Of a stretch of 64,000 nt of DNA, positions 25,523-39,349 are shown in pieces; within the stretch, counting starts at the first letter, position 1; each line of letters opens with the position of its first letter. Below the pieces are notes generated by a model. That model did no database searches and was not told the DNA's origin. It was given only the letters and a program-made list of their open reading frames with translations. The position numbers and the translations under genes were made by a program. This stretch comes from Octopus vulgaris. Lineage: Eukaryota. The stretch is from assembly GCA_951406725.2 (NCBI GenBank), contig OX597835.1, forward strand, positions 10,602,001 to 10,666,000. Reading direction: 5' to 3'.

Positions 25523-25950
25523 TGTAGGTGTGGCTGTGTGGTGAAGTAGTTTGTTTCCCAGCCATGAGGTTTTGGGATCAATCCCACTGCGTGTGGCACC
25601 TTGGGCAAGCATTTTCTACTATAACCCTGGGCTGACCAAATGCCTTGAGAGTGGATTTGATTGACAGAAACTGAAAGAAGCCTGTGTGAATATACATGTT
25701 TGTGTGTGTGTGCACACATGTGAGTGTCTGTGAATCCTTGTCCATGATTGTTGTAAACAAGTGTCACCACCATACAAGCTGTGTATTTTTTTCAAATCTT
25801 CCGTGAAAAAACATGTCTAGTCGAAGGGAAATATTAAGTTACTTGGAAACAGATACGGGTTGGCACCAAGAAGGGCAGCAGAGAATCTGCCTCAGGGAAT
25901 TTCATCAGACCTATGCAGGCATGGAAAAGTGGATGTTAAAAGGATGGTGA
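25523..25950 (+). mobile_element. SINE with family B head and family C-like (RTE-type) tail
   Basis: 5' part matches 4944-5105; 3' part ggttggcaccaagaagggca...gcatggaaaagtggatgttaaaaggatggtgat matches the family C end. Confidence 0.65.
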
Positions 25951-26182
25951 TAACAATGATTATACTGCAGTCTTTTAGAATTTGAACTCAATTCATGGAC
26001 CTTATTATTTACCTTTGAGGGTCCCCAGAGATTTGTGGGTTCCTTGTTGGAACCACAATTCCTGTGGTTTGGTATGAACTAGCTAAGAATATAATCCCTC
26101 CCGGAAAGGACACCAAGCTGTCCTACACACAACATTACTTGGGTATTTAGTATCTAATTTAAGATGAAATGAGGTTATAGAA

Positions 26183-27300
26183 TTAATTCCTAAACATCAT
26201 GTTTTTCCAAGGATTTTTTCTTATTTCTAAAATATAGAGTTGCATGAGAATTTGGAATTTTTTAGTGTTTTTATTTTGTAGCTGATTATGAAAAAATTTC
26301 AGAAACCAAGGCTTTTCTCTGTCTTGACAACAAGAAGTTAACCTTGTAACGAAAGGAGTTGTTTTTCCCCTGTATGGTTCCTGACTTTGGAATAATGTCT
26401 CGTTAGAATGTATGATGCAGTGTGTGGTTTTGCAGTTTCTTATCGTTACCCAAATAGATATTTGACATACTGTGCAGCACCTAAAACTACAAGAAAACAC
26501 GTAAAGTGGATTTGAACTCAAATACTTTGAGTTAGTAACTCTGCAGCTATTCTGCTTTTCCTCGAGTGTATCTGAGACATGCAGGCTACCGATCGAATAT
26601 TGGGGAGTAATAGATCCCTAGTGGCCCAACACAACAAGAAACAGATTAATAACAAGGTTGATAGAGGAGCAAGATTGAATTAATCTTCCACTCCGAGGTA
26701 ACCTCGTTTGTTTCGTTATGTTGTGAAAATAATTAAGACGAGTTATGAATGAGAATTTGAAGAGGTTGTGAAAATAATTAAGACAAGTTATGAATGAGAA
26801 TTTGAAGAGGTTTCTGTAAAATGTGTCAGCTTGATTGAACACACGCTCTATATAGAATATCAAACTTGAAACAGAATGTGCTTTCTATATCTGGTACTTT
26901 AAAAAAAAGTTGTTTTTAGTCTTTGTAATATCTTTGGACATTTTACATGTCTCTGATGGTTATTTGTTTGCAAGAGCTTATGTTTTGCAAGAACTTGATA
27001 AAGGACAACTTACTTTTGATTTTCATGTAAATTGCTTTGTACCAAGGTTGTTCGGTACTAGAACGTACTTAAGTATTTTGCATCTTAATAGCTCTTTTTA
27101 ACTTTCTATACAACCAGACATGAAACGTTTTTAATCTTTTGAAAGATTCAGTCAAAGTTGTGATTCATCAGAAGAACAATGATGTAAGTTTGCTTGTTAA
27201 TTTTCTGTTCTTGCAGTAACTGATCGCATTTCTTTTGTATCTAGACAAGATTATGCTATGCTACTTGCTAAAATATAAGCGACACAAGATATTTTAGCAA
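26183..27300 (-). mobile_element. Degenerate Penelope-like element (Cys linker + GIY-YIG region)
   Basis: ORF 26183-26521 contains RCCTVCQ...RNCKTTHCII...EPYRGKTTPFVTRL, resembling the PLE CxxC ... CKTxNxIY ... YxGKT...RL arrangement; upstream sequence is riddled with stops and the right boundary is uncertain; 45-bp tandem duplication at 26720-26809. Confidence 0.5.
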
Positions 27301-28259
27301 CAGTGTCAGAGATTGCTAGTCTATTGTTCTTATCTTCTATGTTAACGCAGAAATAGTTGCGGTTTATAGTTTGCAAATTTCAAACTCAGAATATATTTCT
27401 TTTGAGAAATGTTAATAAGTAATATTCCAGTAACATTCCTAAACGGTTCGCTTTGGCATTGGAAGCTTGCACCAACTTCACGTTTTAACAACCTACCCCT
27501 CTCTATTCTTATTGGTGAATTCCTGTTTTATTCTTATCTATAATTAAATGTCTGTTTTGATGTATTTGAAACACACGAAACAAATGAAAAAGAAAAACCA
27601 AAAAAGAAAAAAAACCCCAAAAAAACAAAAACAAAAACAGGAGCGAAATGCAAATTATGAGAGTTAAAAATATAGTTTTGATGTTCTTGGAGGATTATAA
27701 TGTATTTAGGATAAGTTGGTTCCCATCTTGTAATCTTGCGTTCCATGTCTGTCCGTCCAACGCCTCCGTTTTAAGACTTCAGTACGAGAGACATATGAAG
27801 AATTTATCAAAGAAGAAAAGCGCTAAATAAATAAAGATGTCATAGTAATACACCTCTTTCTTTCTCTCCCTCTCCCTCTCTCTCTATATATATGTGTGTG
27901 TATGTGCGTGTGTGTGAGTGTGTGTATGTATATATATGTATGTATGTATGTGTATATATATATACACACACACACACATATATATATACATACATTTATA
28001 TATATACATACATATATATATACATACACACACACACACATATATATATATACACACATATATACATACACACACACATATATATATATATATACACATA
28101 TATATATATATATATAAGTATATATATATGTATATATATATGTGTATATATATATATATATATAAGTATATACATATGTATGTACTAAATTGTATGAGAA
28201 TTTTGTCAAAGCTCTGTGACTGCATTTTAAATATACTTTTATATGTATAAACACACAGT

Positions 28260-28291
<32 letters not shown>

Positions 28292-28643
28292 GCTAGAAAT
28301 GTAGTATATGCCGTAATATATCATTATTTATGTGTTCCAAGTAATTAATTTCAAACATAAATAGAATATTGAGTTGAAATAACAGGCAAGATAATAATAG
28401 CATGGCATATCTATGAACTGCTACCCTTGAGGTTTCAGTATATATGTGTACATATGTATGTACATATATATGTATGTACGTACATATGCTCGTTTATTTG
28501 TTTGTTCACACACACATATATATATATATATACACACATGTAGATATATATACTTAAATACATGAATACACCTAATATATATATATGTGGGTGTATCTCT
28601 AAGTGTATATACACACACATTTCTATATTTCTGACACACCTTC

Positions 28644-28686
28644 ATTGTTTGATGAGCTGGTTTTGGTGAAACTTCAAAGTCACAAT
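28644..28686 (+). ncRNA. Minimal type I hammerhead ribozyme motif (C3->U variant)
   Basis: ATTGT-[TTGATGA]-gctggttttggt-[GAAA]C-ttcaaa-[GTC]-ACAAT: stem I attgt/acaat pairs perfectly; core one change from CUGAUGA; GUC cleavage triplet. Confidence 0.6.
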
Positions 28687-28695
28687 AATTCTCTC

Positions 28696-28736
<41 letters not shown>

Positions 28737-28982
28737 CACTTTATACATGCTGATATATATATATATATATGTTGTATCATAATTAAATTTGGTTCAGAGT
28801 GAACTTTCACATTTAGTACTCAATACATTGTGCAAATATAGAATGTTATATTAATTTGTTTAGAACTTGGCACAACGATAATTTCAACTGACAAAGTATT
28901 AATAAGTTCATATACCTATATGTATGTGTGCGTATACATATGTGTGTGTGTATGTATGTGTTTGTGTATGTATGCATATTTA

Positions 28983-29019
<37 letters not shown>

Positions 29020-29571
29020 TTGTCATCATCATTTAATGTCCATTTGCCATGCTGGCATGGGTTGGATGGTGTGACCAGAGCTGGAAAGCGGGACTAGGTT
29101 TCCACTCTGATTTGGCTTGGTCTCTGCATTTGGATACCCTTCCTAATGCCAACCACTTTATTGAGTGGGCATGGGTGCTTTTTCCATGGACCAGCACACA
29201 CACACACAAACACACACACATCAATGATAATAAAAAGGATTATTACCTTTCATTCCTTGTTATTCAGCTTCAAATAGACCTACAAATGTTTCTATAACAT
29301 CAGTTAGTGTCAGTTGAAATTACAACCTGACTATAATACCGGGGCAGTTTCTTCAGGGTCTTTCACTTTAATATCCCTTGATTTTATTGTTTAAAAATTT
29401 TCATCTTATCAACTCTGCATTGTATGATGTAGAGTTGTTCATTTATTTAGACCCGAACAGTCTTCAATTCAAGTTTTTACTGGATAATCACTTGTAGCCT
29501 GTTATTTTAAAACACTCCCTTGTTTAAATGTTAATTGCTCATTAATGCTGAGCAAAGGTGAATTTTCTCAC

Positions 29572-29856
29572 ATCGTCTGCCAGCCTCGTCTGGCACCTGT
29601 GTCGGTGGCACATAAAAACACCATCCGAGCGTGGCCGTCTGCCAGCCTCGTCTGGCACCTGTGTCGGTGGCACATAAAATCACCCACTACACTCTCGGAG
29701 TGGTTGGCGTTAGGAAGGGCATCCAGCTGTAGAAACACTGCCAGATCTGACTGGCCTGGTGCAGCCCTCGAGCTTGCCAGACCCCAGTTGAACCATCCAA
29801 CCCATGCTAGCATGGAAAGCGGACGTTAAACGATGATGATGATGATGATGATGATG
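29572..29856 (+). mobile_element. Family C retroelement copy, young (CpG intact)
   Basis: Two internal 63-bp-spaced repeats, common 3' end, (GAT)n tail. Confidence 0.8.
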
Positions 29857-30215
29857 TATAGGAAGAAAATGCTTTTGATAGTATACAGATTAGTATATTA
29901 GTCATGATAATAATGTTAGTCAGAAGTGAAGGAATTAATCCAGAAAGTTTTTCAAATTTTTCAATGAAATGAAATATAATGAGGTGAAAAAGTAAAATAA
30001 ACTGAACTACGTTATTTTAGAATTCTTCATTTATTTCCTTTTGTATCATTACATTTTTTTTCCTCAGAAAATTTGAAAAATTTCTATACTTACATATAAA
30101 TAGGCTAAGGAACAATTCCATCATTTCTTCTGACCAACCTTATTATTATCACCAACACACACACACATGCTTATGTATGTGTATATTATCCCAACCAACT
30201 CTGTCATGCCTGTTA

Positions 30216-30596
30216 TCTCTCTCTCTATATATAAGGCTGAAGTTGTCTGTGTATGGCAGGCTTAGTAGCCTTCAACTAACACTATCTCCTCAGTTGACCA
30301 AAATTGGGAGTATGATAGAAGAAGGCTTGCTCTTCCTTCCGTAGAAGAAAAAATTCAAATCGGACCATGTTAACACCAAAATTTATTTACATCAAAAAGG
30401 TGCTTTTTTTTCTATGAAAATCCCTATTTTTTTACGATTTTTTGACTGCTGTGTCGCTATTTTTTGGTGTATTTCAACCAGAAAAATGTTCACTTAAAGA
30501 GAATAACAAGCTACATAATGCAAAATTTTTACTTTTCAAATATTCCAATTCGAAAGGGTCGAAACAAACCCGAGCAATGCCAGGCGATACTACTAG
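30216..30596 (+). mobile_element. Non-autonomous Helitron
   Basis: A|TCtctctctctatatataag ... acaaacccgagcaatgccaggcgatactaCTAG|T; same 3' terminus as 15899-16193. Confidence 0.75.
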
Positions 30597-31978
30597 TGTT
30601 TATATATGGCAGAAATTTTGGTAGGGTTTTCTAACAATGTTCCTTATGACAAAATACATTCAATAACTGTTATAACTTCATCACTGAGTAATCTCTAATG
30701 TAAATTGTTTTCACAACAACATTATCAACAGTAGAACATAGTTGGTACTTTAATCATATTTATAGTCAGTTGTGGGTCCCTTGTGTAATATCTCCCACAT
30801 TATAATGACATAATTCTTACTTTTAGTCATATCTTGGAATTTGAATTGTTTTTGCATTTCCTTTGTTTGTTAGATATTTTGTTGCTATCCCCTGTTGTCA
30901 TGGTGATGGAGTCAAGAGAGCCAACACTTCTGCGGATGTTGTCACTAGCCTCTAGCTTATGGTTGTATACACACACACGTATAAACTTTTGTTGGTCTTT
31001 GTTGAAGTGGTCCAGCATTTTTGTATGAAGAGGCTGTTTTCTTGAATGGAGTTTTAAAATGTGTGGTCCTTGGAATGATTGTAGAGAAATAATAATAATA
31101 ATAATAATAATGATAAAAGAAAAATACAGTCATTTTGTTTTGAGCAACCATCAGCCTTTTGAATTTTAAGCAACTCTTTGCAGATTTTTATTGTCTTAGA
31201 TATTATGATGGTCTGTAGCAGACAAACCATGCAGTTATGATTTTTATTGGTCTAAAGTCCAAGTTGATCCAGATATGTTGGTATAAATCCTTTCACTCCG
31301 ATAATCATGGTTATAAACTTGACAGAATATTTCAAGGACAAGATTTCTAGATTACTCACCATTTCACAGATGTCTTGCCTGTTTTGTATTTTTCTTGTTA
31401 CATTGGATGTTAAAATGGGGGAACTGATTTTTCACATTGCAGCATATTCATATTTCATAATCCCAAAGTAAAATTCCAGGTGAACTGTGTTTATATTAGT
31501 TGTTTCTATTCTTAGATTCCATTAATTTTCTCTCAATACATCTGTCTCAATATGCTTAGCATTTCTTCTTTCTCAATTTATTCCATGTCATCCTGGTTAC
31601 TCCATCATGGCTTCTGGGAATGTAGCATGTGGGCAACATCTTAGCTCTAATGTTGCTCAGGTCTTCAGGTTTTTTTTTCTTTCCATGTAACCTTAATTTG
31701 TTGACAGGTGACATTTTCTGCCTTTTGTGTTGAAGATGGGTTGTGGGATATCTTGTTCCTGGACTTCATTGTGGTAAACTTCAAAGTGAGAAGTTAAGAC
31801 ATGTTATTCCACGCAAAATATGTAGAATAGTGTAACTCTTCTTTGGTGAGGCCCATGGACTACCTTCTCAGTGAATTGCTTTATTTTTTTATTATTTTGT
31901 TGTGTGTATATATATATATGTGTGTGTGTGTGCATGTGTGTATGTGTATATATATATATGTATATATGTGTGTGCATG

Positions 31979-32042
<64 letters not shown>

Positions 32043-32228
32043 GATTGGTATGTATATATGTTTATAGATGGATGTACACAAACACATCATTACTGGGCAA
32101 ATTTTTCAGCTGAGAGAGAATGTGAAAGAGAAATGCATGCGATGAAACAATGATGTTTCACATAAATAAGCAATAAAAAAAAATACACATAATGAGGTGA
32201 GATGTGGGTTAGATTTATAGTCGATAGG

Positions 32229-32268
<40 letters not shown>

Positions 32269-32353
32269 TTAATAATAAGATGCATTGATAATTAGATGAC
32301 ACATATTCTAGATGAATATTTGAGAAATCACTGATAGTAGTAGTTTTGATGGC

Positions 32354-32399
<46 letters not shown>

Positions 32400-32417
32400 G
32401 TAGTAGTAATAATAATG

Positions 32418-32616
32418 GTTACAAATTTTGTCACAAGGGCAGCCATTTTGGGGGAAGGGATGTGTTGATTGCATCAACCCCAGTGTTCCACTGGTACTTA
32501 ATTCATCAACCCTGAAAGGATGAAAGGCAGAATTTGAACTCAGAACATAAAGGCAGACAAAATGCCGCCAAGAATTTTGTCCAGTGTGCTAATGATTCTG
32601 CCAGCTTGCAGCCTTA

Positions 32617-32666
<50 letters not shown>

Positions 32667-32893
32667 TAATAATAATAATCCTTTCTACTGGAAGCACAAG
32701 GCCTCGAATATGGGGGGAAGGGATTAAGTCGATTACATCGACCCCAGTGCATAACTGATACTTATTTAATCGACCCCGAAAGGATGAAAGGTAAAGCTGA
32801 CCTCGGCGGAATTTGAACTCAGAATGTAGCAGCAGATGAAATATCGCTAAGCATTTTGCCTGGCATGCTAATGATTCTGACATTTACAGCCTT
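32418..32893 (-). mobile_element. Tandem pair of family A SINEs in (AAT)n
   Basis: Two units each ending cagccttaaa(taa)n on the plus strand. Confidence 0.85.
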
Positions 32894-32894
32894 A

Positions 32895-32944
<50 letters not shown>

Positions 32945-33302
32945 AGTTGATGATGATAACAGTAAACAATGTTGAAAACGCTAATTATAGAACTGAGGAT
33001 AATATTTATAATTATAACGAGATACATATTGCTTGATAGCAAGTAATTTATCAAGAATCACAGAAGAAATACAATTATGTGTGTGTGTGTGTGAGCATGC
33101 ATGCATGTATACATATGTATATGTATATCTGTGTGCTTGTGTGTATACACCAACACAAAAGTATAGAATTCATGATGAAAGGTCAAAATAAGTTATAATG
33201 TACCTTGTTAGCTATATTTTAGGCATAAACACACACAGACATGTATGTTGTGTGAATGTAAAATTGTGAGTGTGTTTGTATTTATGCATAAATCTGTATA
33301 TC

Positions 33303-33366
<64 letters not shown>

Positions 33367-33752
33367 TATCATTGAATATATATGTATGCCTCTATATGTG
33401 TATCCCCCCCACACACAGATTTCTTGGCAAGAACAGTGGAATTGTTGCAGGTGACATTAATGGACAGAAAAATTTGGAAAAGGTCACAACACCAACAATC
33501 AAATATAGAATCCAAGTTGCACACACACACACACACTCATACATACACACACACATGCACACTCATTCATATATACATACTTACACACATGTGTTAAACC
33601 TTAAGTTTTGACTACAAAATCTAACACTTAAAACAGACATTAATTTGTAAATATTTAATTTATGCAAATTATGGTTCGTCTGCAATTTATTAATTTATCA
33701 ACTAGAAGAGGAAAAACGACCCAGACATTAAAACAATGAAAATTTGAATATA

Positions 33753-33815
<63 letters not shown>

Positions 33816-34244
33816 GTATAAATGTCTTTGTGCCATTTGTAGTTTAGTTCTTCCTTATTATATAAGTTTGAAAGATTCATCTCTCAGTTATGATTTAATT
33901 GCAAAAAAATCATTTTTTTTAATCATTTGAAAAACCCTCCCAATTCAACCATTTACACAAGTAAAAGTCTCTATTTCCTTTATTCATTTACTTGTTTTTG
34001 TCATTGGACTGTGGCCATGCTGGAGCATCCTCTTTCCTGGATGGATATAATCGAGTCTATTGATCCCAGTTTTTATCTTCTTGGCCCTGGATGGATGAAA
34101 GTGGAAAGTGAAGTTTACTTGGCTAGGATGTGAACTCAAGAGACATAAGTAGACATGTCAAGGTATTTGGTCTGGCACTCAACTGATTCTGCTATCCACA
34201 CTTTCCTTTAGTTGTCTTAAGCTTGTGTAAACAAAACTTAAGGT

Positions 34245-34645
34245 TTACCTGTACATGGCTGTATAAAACATACATAACATTTGTCTATAAATGCCTATAT
34301 AAAAGACATAATCTTTGCATATAAATACCTGTGGTAAACATACATAACATTTACCTATAAATACTTAATTAAAATATAACATTTGCCTATACATGTCTAG
34401 GGAAAACATACATAACATTTACTTATAAATTCCTGTATAAGAAATAGCATTTGCCTATAAATGCCTTTTGAAAACTACACATAATATTTACCTGTATCAA
34501 CCTATATAAAACATAACAGTTGTCTATACATGTTCATAAAAACACATACCGTTTACCTATACATGCTTGTATAAAACATAAATTTGCTTGTACATACCTA
34601 TATAAATCATAAATAACATTTACCTATACATGTCTATATAAAACA
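34245..34645. repeat. Degenerate minisatellite, ~32-36 bp
   Basis: Recurring acataacatttgcctata.atgcct.tataaa motif. Confidence 0.7.
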
Positions 34646-35461
34646 CACTTGTGAACATTTTAAAAAAAGGAGAAAGAAGAGGTTAATTTTTTTTACTGAG
34701 AATTTACGATCAAAGAATACACATACATGACAAATTCAATTTGGAACCCTCCACCTAAACAAACAGAAGTATGAATGAAATTACATGTCATGTAGAGCAA
34801 AAAAAAAAAAAATGCATGGATAATTAAAAACCCTGGTAATGAAATTTTAATTTCATTATTTTTGTTCTTTTTTTGCTTCAGTTCCAGTTTATTTGTTTAA
34901 TTTTTTTGGTGTGTGTGGAGAAGCATTTCATTTCTTGTATTTCAAACGATGTTTAGGTCATTCAGTTGATTTTTGAAATATTCTATTTGTAATTATGTCT
35001 CTTGTTGGGAATATTTTAATCAATTATATTATATTTTCTTCTACATTTAGAGACAACAGTTATTCTCATTTTTCTTTCTTTTTTTTTTGGTTGAGTTTTT
35101 CTTTTTTTTTTTTTGCTGTTTGTTTTCTTCTTCTGTTTTTAAAATAAATGTTTTTTGAAGGTAAGGATGAGTGCTGTTGGAAAATTATGCATTTTACATA
35201 CATGTCACATACAGCCTGCAATGTCATTTATTTGTTAATTTAAAATTTCTTTTTTTGAAAATTGTTATTCTCCTTCATGGACTTGAAGAAATGTTTTCGT
35301 CGATTACATTGTAATGGTGGCAAAAAAATGTAGAAAAAAAAGACAAAAAAAAAATTTAAAACCCAAAAGAATTAAGAAAAAAAAATTCAAACAATTTTTC
35401 TGATTTGTCCAAACATTTAGTTGTTGCACATCTTTTTAAAAAGTCCACACATACATACAGC

Positions 35462-35507
<46 letters not shown>

Positions 35508-37406
35508 TTAGACATGCATACAAACACAAATTCAAAAATTTGTAAGTTCCTAGTTGAACATATATATACACACATATATATTATGATATATTGTTGGAAT
35601 AGAAATCAGTTATTATTTTATAGACATAGATGTCGGATGTTAAGAGAAACAGTAGCTATCTACACTGGCCCAAAAACAACGCCAAAAAAATTCTTTTTTA
35701 AAAATCATATATGCTTTTGTGTGTCTTTATGTGTATGAATTCAAATATATTTGCGTTGATAATGTAGACATGCTTGCATTCAATTATTATCATCATTATT
35801 TTAAGCGTTGTTATGTCACCAACGAGTCTTTAGATTCACTTTAGCCATTTTCTCTGACTAAACCATTGATTACAATCCCCTTTTAACCGTTTCTTCACCT
35901 GCACCTCTTAAGCTATTAACAAAATTTTGTCTTTTTTTTTTTTGTGCTGGAATTTGGTCTATAGCAATTAAGAGGTGCCAAGCTTCTCAAACAAACATTT
36001 CAAGATTGAATAATTTTGAAATAAAGGATTTTATTTCCCTAAAAGTCTGAATATCTGGGATGGGTGTGGTTTGCAGTTTATTGTATTTTTGGAAGATTTA
36101 TTTACCTTGACTTTAGAAATTAATTTTTTTCTTATATTTGCATAGAATAGATCTATAGTTATCATCAGGTGTCTTATTCTGGGATATGTGTATTATATTG
36201 AACGGGATTTATATTTTATTACACTTAGCTTTAAAATAAAGCTTTCTAGTTTGAAAGGAGTCGCAGTCTGGTTCTACATATATATCTAGGAATAAAGTGC
36301 CTGATGTGAAGATGAGACTGATCAAGGCCTACTGCTTTACATCAAAACAGATATAGACAAGCATGTAAATCTGTTTCGATATCAAAACAGATAAAAATGT
36401 TCATATACATGGCTATGAGGTTCAGGTCTTGATCAAAACATCTGAAAGTATATAAGGCACAAGGCCTTATATTTTAGAAGAAAAGATATGGTCTATTATA
36501 TGGATCCCACCCCCTGAACATGACTGGTATTATTTTTTGTCAATCCCAGAAGAATGAAAGACGAAGTTGATCCGAGCAGAATTTGAACTTAGAACCTAGA
36601 GAACCGCAACAAAATACCACAAGGTATTTTGTTTGATACTCTTACAATTCTACCAGTCCACTGTCACAAAACCTTTCATCTGTATAAATGAGATAAACAG
36701 ATTAAGTATAATAGCTAACTAACTGTCCCATTAATCACATTACAGTAATTAACTAAATGTATCTATCTGTAATTAACCAGTTATAATATTTATATGTCTC
36801 ACTCATTGCATTAATGCAATTAGGTTAATTAGTTAATGAGGTTTCTCAATCAGTGGTGTGTTCAACGATACAGAAGTTGCCTATTGGCTTCAGGTAGAAG
36901 AGGAGTAGAATCACCTGGTTTCTGATGACGAGAAAATTGGTGATCTACTTTATAAACTTCAGGGGGGAAAGAAAAGGAATGGAAGTAGTGACATGCATGC
37001 CATTCCCGAGAGGAGCATTAATTGTGTGCGTGAAAAAAAGGAAGAGGAAGAAAAGAATGCATGAGAGTAGAGATGAAGGCTTGGTCAGGGGTGAGATGAT
37101 GTCTTGCTGGGAGAGTTTATTGATTAAGTCAATTGTGCATGTTGATTCTGTTTTAAATACTTTTCACAGACTTTATCAAAGCTTTGAAGTTTAAGAATTT
37201 ATTAATAATACCCCCCCCCCCACCCTCTCACTTTTTTTTATTTCAATATTTTTTTTTTTCCTTTTTGTGTTTTATTCTAATAATTTTTTTTCGTTTTTTA
37301 TTATTATTATTATTATTATTATTTATCTCTATTCTAATTAAGAAGCTTATTACAGCATACTTTATCACAGCCGAAATATCACAACAGAGCCATGACTAAC
37401 TAACTA

Positions 37407-37461
<55 letters not shown>

Positions 37462-37464
37462 ATA

Positions 37465-37496
<32 letters not shown>

Positions 37497-37510
37497 TATT
37501 ATTATTATTA

Positions 37511-37551
<41 letters not shown>

Positions 37552-37862
37552 ATAATACAAAGAGAGGCAAACCACTATAACATGGAGCATTATACGTTTT
37601 TCTCTTTTTCTTTTTCTATCATTTACATGGTTATTCCAAGTTTGGATAAAATAAGGATTTCTAATTTTGGCATAATGCTACGAATATGTAAGGAATGTTT
37701 ATAATTGGTTGAATCCAATCCAGAATGTGCAAAGCTAGCAGCAATTCTATCAAAGTGTGGAAGGGTGAAAGGCAGTCGACCATTGGGTTGGTCTTGTACT
37801 CAGCATCATCAAAGAACATTGGTAAATATCACAATGTGTTTCACCTGGCACTCCAACACTTT

Positions 37863-37917
<55 letters not shown>

Positions 37918-38049
37918 CACTACTACCATCAACACATGTGATTGATAATATCTTTTATTAGCTATAATTGAATGAATTGTTTGTGGTATCTGAGTTGAAC
38001 TTAAATCATTGTTGAACTGTTTCGTAAAGAAATAATTAGAGTAGTAGTA

Positions 38050-38098
<49 letters not shown>

Positions 38099-38139
38099 TA
38101 ATAATAATAATAATAACAATAAAAATAATAAAAATAATA

Positions 38140-38670
38140 ATCCTTGCTACTGAAGGTGCAAGGCCTGAAGTTTTTTTGGGAAGAGACTGGTCGGTTACAT
38201 CGACCCTTAGTGTTTCACTGGTACTTAATTTATTGACCCTGAAAGGATGAAAGGCAAAGTTAGCCTTGGCAGAATTTGAACTTAGAACGTAAAGATGGAC
38301 GAAATGCTGCTAAGCATTTTGCCTGGCATATTAACAACTCTGCCAGCTCGCTGCCATAATAATGATAATACGAATACTACTACTACTACTTCTAATAATA
38401 ATAATAATAATAATGAGAATACTAAAAATGAACTTGACCGCTCTCAAAAATTTTTTTTAAAAAACAGGAAAGATTATCCAGAATCCTTGTCCAGTACTGG
38501 GTCGATTCCCAAATCTAATCAGTTCGTGCCAGTTATGAGGCCAAACATCCCTGAAAGTTTAATCCTAATCCATCCAATGGCTTTTGAGATATCTTGTCCA
38601 CGGGCAAACAAACAAACAAACAAACACAACTGAAAACAATGCCTCTAAGGTGGAGGTAATAATAATAATG

Positions 38671-38711
<41 letters not shown>

Positions 38712-38921
38712 CTAATTATTTCTATTATAGGCACAAGGCCTGAAATTCTGGGGCGGAGGGGACTAGTCAGTTATATCAGCTCCAGTGCGCAACTGGTACT
38801 TACATTATTGACTCTGAGGGGGTTGAAGGGCAAAGTTGAATTTGGATTGAAAATGTGAAGATGGCCAAAATGCCACTTCACAAGTTGTCTTGTGTGCTAA
38901 GGATTCTGCCAGCTTGCTGCC

Positions 38922-38974
<53 letters not shown>

Positions 38975-39180
38975 CATGATGATGACGATGATGATGATGA
39001 TTTCAAATTTTGGCACAAGGCCAACAGTTTCAAGGGAGGGGTACATTGATTAGATCGACCCCAGTATGCAACTGATACTTATTTTATCAACCCCACCCCC
39101 CGAAAAGATGAAAGGCAGAGCCAACATCGACAGACGAAATGCCACTAAGCGTTTCGCCTGGCATGCGACTGATTCTGCGA
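38140..39180 (-). mobile_element. Three family A SINEs in (AAT)n with an intervening element
   Basis: Units at about 38140-38355, 38720-38922 and 39000-39180. Confidence 0.8.
38415..38660 (+). mobile_element. DINE-1/HINE-like (Helentron-associated) non-autonomous element
   Basis: aaagttt..cc.aatccatcc...ttttgagatatcttgtccac, (AAAC)n microsatellite, gaaaacaat and terminal hairpin gcctct..ggtggaggt followed by aat: the typical HINE 3' architecture. Confidence 0.5.
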
Positions 39181-39309
39181 GTGGGAAGGGAAGAAGGAAG
39201 ACAATGACAAACTGCAGAATAAAGGAATTGGTGCAGAAATCGCCAAGTGGGGATAACTCTGCATGCACACAAAAGCCCCTTTCCCTCATACATACATATG
39301 TGTGTGTAT

Positions 39310-39349
<40 letters not shown>

